Of a DNA stretch of 32,000 nucleotides, positions 28,264 to 32,000 are shown piece after piece. The notes beneath the pieces were generated by a model. It was not told the origin of the DNA, made no database searches, and saw only the letters and a list, made by a program, of their open reading frames with translations. The position numbers were made by a program, and so were the translations under genes. The stretch's first letter is position 1; each line of letters begins with the position of its first letter. Location: NCBI GenBank assembly GCA_963815685.1, contig CAWFHT010000012.1, positions 159,723 to 191,722 on the forward strand, given 5' to 3'. The DNA is from an uncultured beta proteobacterium. GTDB taxonomy: Bacteria > Pseudomonadota > Gammaproteobacteria > Burkholderiales > Nitrosomonadaceae.

Positions 28264-29708
28264 TTAAAAATTAAACGAGATTTGACAAACGCCGCCATAG
28301 CGACAATTAACAGCTTCATGGTGAAATAACAAATTTGATATCGAAACGAGTTGAACAACAAATCCAGTTTAATCACAAAAAAATGTGTTCGAATCCGTAA
28401 AAATTATCAGTTAGCCGATAGGACAACAGACTGTTGTATTCAATTTCGCATTGTTAATATTTGGAACACCATCCGTTGTAGATACTACCGGAATACCTAT
28501 ATTAAAAGAAATGATCGTACATCCTAAAGCTAGTAATCTGATAGAAATCGCAAATTCTGCAAACAAAGCATTGTTCGGTAAATGATGCAAGGATTTAACC
28601 TAAAGACTGCTTTTAGTTTAAATTTATTAGCTAATATGAGGTACATCAAGCATCTTAAAACAATACCCCATGCTACTTATTAAACACAGTCAACAGTAAA
28701 AATTGATAGATTGGTAGGTGAAGAATTGGCATTCCTTTCCTTTTACATAGTATTAAACTCATTACCCTAACATCATTCCAACCGATCGGAGAATCCTCTA
28801 CATAACTGTGTTTTTAGAGTTTTTCTCTGTATGTATGGCTCATAAAATCAATCACTTAAAAATACTAAATCATGCAAAAAGCCAGTTATGCAGAAATCTC
28901 TCTGATCAGGTTTTACACCTACCAGTGCATTCTATACATCCGAGCCAAAGTTGACGATGAAATTCTGACTTTCCATAACGTGAATTCGACATAAAAATAG
29001 CTGTAAAAGGAACCGGAATTTCTTATGATGAAACGATTCTGGGAAAAAGTTTCATCGCCACTAGAGGAGCCAGAATTCGAGAGATACTATAGTGATCTTT
29101 TATGCGATTGACGACTTTTGTCAGCGGTTTGAGTCGAGGCATTGTATTCCTTATTTCGAACTCCCATTCCATAAGATATCTATAATAAAACTAGCCAGAT
29201 GTTCTTTTGATATTAAGTCAAATCCAATATCAAATACCAACAAATCTCCTTCCTGCAGGCCAAAATCTTCAATCCTAGTGGTTCGTTTCCTGTAAAACAA
29301 ATTATTTGTCCTTTTTCCACTACTGCAATCTTCTCCATCCCGACGCTGAAAAGCATAGACTCTCAATACTAAAAATACCAAAAAGGCTTAATTTCTTGAG
29401 GAATAATATTATTACCTTCCTCAATAAATATTCCTCTATAGTATTGAGAGGCTTTGGCTCAAACATACCATTTTTTATTTCAAAAACAGTTTTTACCCAG
29501 CTTCCTCAATTTTAAAACTTGAAGGTCTTATAAATTCTCCTGCCGAAGATAAATCATCTTTACGATTGTTTTTGCTCCACTATCATCCTCTACTTTTATA
29601 CGTTTCAATAAGGGTAGCCAGATTTAAAATACCAGAAACCAATCACAATCCATTTTTACCGCATAATTAGACAGCCTCAAATGCGTAAAGCGATTTGACT
29701 CTTTTACA

Positions 29709-30218
29709 TTAAGGAAACGCAGGAATTTTTGGTTCCGTAGTTTCGACTTCTACTTCCCCTATATGCTGTCTTATACGCTCTTCGATCTCATCTACCCGAT
29801 TCGTTGGCACATCGGCGAATATTAGAAAATGACCTGCTTCTATTGCATCTTCAAATTCTTTAATCCGTCTATTGGCCGTACTCACTCCTATCATCCCGCT
29901 TATCCATGCACCTAAACCCGCGCTTACAACCGTTGATGCTAGCAAGATACCGCCTGCAATAACAGTTGAAGCAGGCGGAAGAGCGACTGCAACCAATCCA
30001 GCGAGTAGACCGGTCGATCCACCTACTGCCAACCCTTGTTGTACCGCAGGAACAAAATCAGTTTTCTGCAGCAAATTGGCCTCAGGCAATTCCTCCAGCG
30101 GTGTGCCGCGCTTGGCAAGCACGTGGATGTGTTTCTCTTCGATTCGTGCTAAAAGCAATTCATTAACGACACGCCTCGTAATATTAATATCGGGAACAAG
30201 AAAATAGATTCGTCGCAT
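29709..30218 (-). CDS. small membrane protein of unknown function (soluble N- and C-domains flanking two Gly/Ala-rich TM helices)
   Basis: 169 aa with a strong SD (GAGGAGG 6 nt upstream of the ATG). It is the only intact-looking gene in the 28.3-31.7 kb region. Confidence 0.6.
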   Translation of the reverse strand: MRRIYFLVPDINITRRVVNELLLARIEEKHIHVLAKRGTPLEELPEANLLQKTDFVPAVQQGLAVGGSTGLLAGLVAVALPPASTVIAGGILLASTVVSAGLGAWISGMIGVSTANRRIKEFEDAIEAGHFLIFADVPTNRVDEIEERIRQHIGEVEVETTEPKIPAFP

Positions 30219-30598
30219 GATAACCTCCTCAAATTTAGGTTAATCAATATTGCTCAGTAAACTAGATCGCCAATTGATGCAAAGAAGTGACAATGGATCA
30301 AATCAATCCATTTTTAATACAAGTTAATGCTAAGTGATAACCAATAAAGGGAGCAATAATGCAATCGCATACATTATTCTGCAGTTCGTGGCGCCAAGAA
30401 AAACAGCAGCTGTATAATCTTTCTGCCTTCTTTCTTGATAATTAGAAGTTATATTGCAAATAAATCAATAAAAAATATAAGAATACCCATAAGTGCGCAA
30501 AGCAAGAACATTCAGCAAAAAGTATCATTATTTACTCAAAAATCCTAAAACCTTTATAAGGATTTCCCCCGTAATTGCAAGGTAAATTTTACCTCTGA

Positions 30599-30862
30599 CA
30601 AACATATCAGTGGTGCGATGAAGTCAAGCAAGCAAGAATCCCAGCTTTCCAGACTTTTGCTAACACTGTCATCTCTCATTGGAACGGGATTATTCACTTT
30701 GTTGAATCCCGTCTGACCAACGGCATTCTTGAGGGCATCAATAACAAGATTCAGCTTGCTAAACGGCGTGCCAGAGGCTACCGGAATATTAACAACTTCA
30801 TCAATATGATTTATTTCTTATGTGGAAAACTTCGGTTTACTTACCCACGGTATTTCACATAG
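30599..30862 (+). pseudogene. ISL3-family transposase, C-terminal remnant only
   Basis: Frame 2 reads WCDEVKQARIPAFQTFANTVISHWNGIIHFVESRLTNGILEGINNKIQLAKRRARGYRNINNFINMIYF, the conserved ISL3 C-terminus. There is no start codon and a stop lies just upstream at 30596. Confidence 0.7.
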
Positions 30863-31280
30863 AACCACATATTCTTAGTAATCCCATATCCCACGAACAG
30901 GCAATAAGCGGGCCTGGGTTGCGCTCTATCTCGGCTATACATTTGTTTAAATCTTGCTATATTCTTTGATTGGATCTTCATTTATGCTGTCTTTTGACAT
31001 GATCGCGTTATCGGAGACAATGTCATTGCTGCTTTATAGCTGACCTCTGTTTGATCACTTATGTGTCAGGGTCACGATAAAAACCGCGTGGGGATTTCTT
31101 AACAATTGCTCTACCTGAAATCAATCTCCATTTTGTCCATGTACTCCCTATGCAAACAGGGGATAAAAACCTGGAACGTAATGAAACTTAGGTTTTTTGA
31201 GGATATAGGAAAGTATTGCGCCTTACCTTACCCCCCCAATATTTATGTCATTCTATTAGCCTATAAAGTATTTTTCAGTT

Positions 31281-31700
31281 TTACTTCATATCCTTGGCTG
31301 TTAATGAGCCCAAGAATGCTTTCACATCTTTGACAAACTCATCAACAGCTTCTCGACAGATTTGATGTTCTGCCATTTCCAGAATCGCTTGATCCAGTGT
31401 TTCAACAGAGCCATCAGGAATGGCCTGTTTTGGTGACATTTCTAAGGTTGGGCACTTTAAATACTTTCTTGGCTATCTCGATTCCGGTCACATCATTGTG
31501 CCCCATATCATTCGTTGCAAATGGTACGACAAGACCAACCTCTTAAAGGAATTCCCCTCAATCGTTACGCCATTGTGACAATGGACACATCCCATATGGA
31601 TGAATTTTTTCAGACCTCTTTTCTCATCCTCTTTCAGCGCATTTTCGTCACCCTTGAGAAAATCATCGAAGCGAGAAGGTGTCAGTAGCGTACGCTCAAA
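31281..31700 (-). pseudogene. di-heme cytochrome c peroxidase (CCP/MauG family), C-terminal half with at least two frameshifts
   Basis: Minus strand reads FERTLLTPSRFDDFLKGDENAL...GCVHCHNG, then VVPFATND...FKVPNLRNV in another frame, then DGSVETLDQAI in a third. The N-terminal heme domain is absent. Confidence 0.75.
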
Positions 31701-31889
31701 TTAAGTCAGGCAATAGTTCAAAGAACTGCTTGAGTGTGTGATGTGACCATGGTCATCGCCATGTATATCACCATTGTGCCTTCCACTATGATGATTATTA
31801 CCCTCATGCATTTTCCCATGATCGTGCTGACTATCTTGAGCATAAACATGAATACTTAGGATTAGCGCCAGAAATAAAATCAATATCAT
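31701..31889 (-). CDS. small His-rich secreted ORF (hypothetical)
   Basis: ATG 31889 has GGAGG 4 nt upstream. A signal-like MILILFLALILSIHVYA is followed by 10 His in about 45 residues (11 His in the full 62-aa ORF). It ends at a single TAA that is in frame with the CCP fragment. It may be a relic rather than a functional gene. Confidence 0.4.
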   Translation of the reverse strand: MILILFLALILSIHVYAQDSQHDHGKMHEGNNHHSGRHNGDIHGDDHGHITHSSSSLNYCLT

Positions 31890-32000
31890 ACAACCTCCAT
31901 TGATATGAGTTGGTAAGAAGCCAGCCTTCATTATGAACAAGTAAGTGACCAACTTATTTCTAGCGCTCTAAGAAAAATCATTAAAAAATGAGCTATTACT

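Noticed and set aside
28387-28396. GTTCGAATCC, a tRNA T-loop-like decamer that could mark a tRNA or an att-site remnant
   Set aside because: The flanking bases cannot form a T-stem (atgtg versus ccgta). No acceptor or anticodon arms can be drawn, so it is probably a chance match.
29092-29515. Three mutually overlapping 67-76-aa ORFs (29092-29295 +, 29151-29381 -, 29306-29515 +)
   Set aside because: They overlap each other on opposite strands in AT-rich DNA and lack SD sequences. At best they contain transposase-like motif fragments. I treat them as relics, not genes.
31106-31333. 75-aa plus-strand ORF
   Set aside because: It has no SD and a low-complexity hydrophobic translation. Its 3' end overlaps the better-supported CCP pseudogene on the other strand.
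1-32000. Search for CRISPR arrays, rRNA or tRNA genes, and obvious defence or toxin-antitoxin gene pairs
   Set aside because: I saw no regularly spaced direct repeats, no rRNA or tRNA-like sequence, and no ORF with nuclease, toxin or restriction-modification motifs. The accessory content here is IS elements and metal-related genes.

Overview
The window looks like a chromosomal segment of a Nitrosomonas-type betaproteobacterial ammonia oxidiser. This is inferred from an intact hydroxylamine-oxidation module on the minus strand: haoA (octaheme HAO), haoB/orf2 and cycA (tetraheme cytochrome c554). No cycB follows cycA.

Housekeeping genes flank the module: malic enzyme, a group III truncated globin, ribF-ileS-lspA, an rhlE-like DEAD-box helicase and priA.

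The part most worth a second look lies directly upstream of hao. It holds:
- a histidine-rich, signal-peptide-bearing, C-terminally anchored protein of unknown family;
- a Fur-family regulator gene and a TonB-dependent receptor gene, each preceded by the same palindrome (ATGCAACTnAGTTGCAT), which does not look like a classical Fur box.

These two halves were evidently one divergent intergenic region. A 1.2-kb ISAs1-family element now splits it, and that element was itself hit by an 849-bp IS5-family element. All IRs and target duplications can be read directly.

The right end (28.3-32.0 kb) is a gene-poor, AT-rich decay zone. It contains an ISL3 transposase remnant, a frameshifted di-heme cytochrome c peroxidase pseudogene and a second small His-rich secreted ORF.

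I saw no rRNA, tRNA or CRISPR array. Homology statements rest on motif recognition by eye, not on database searches.
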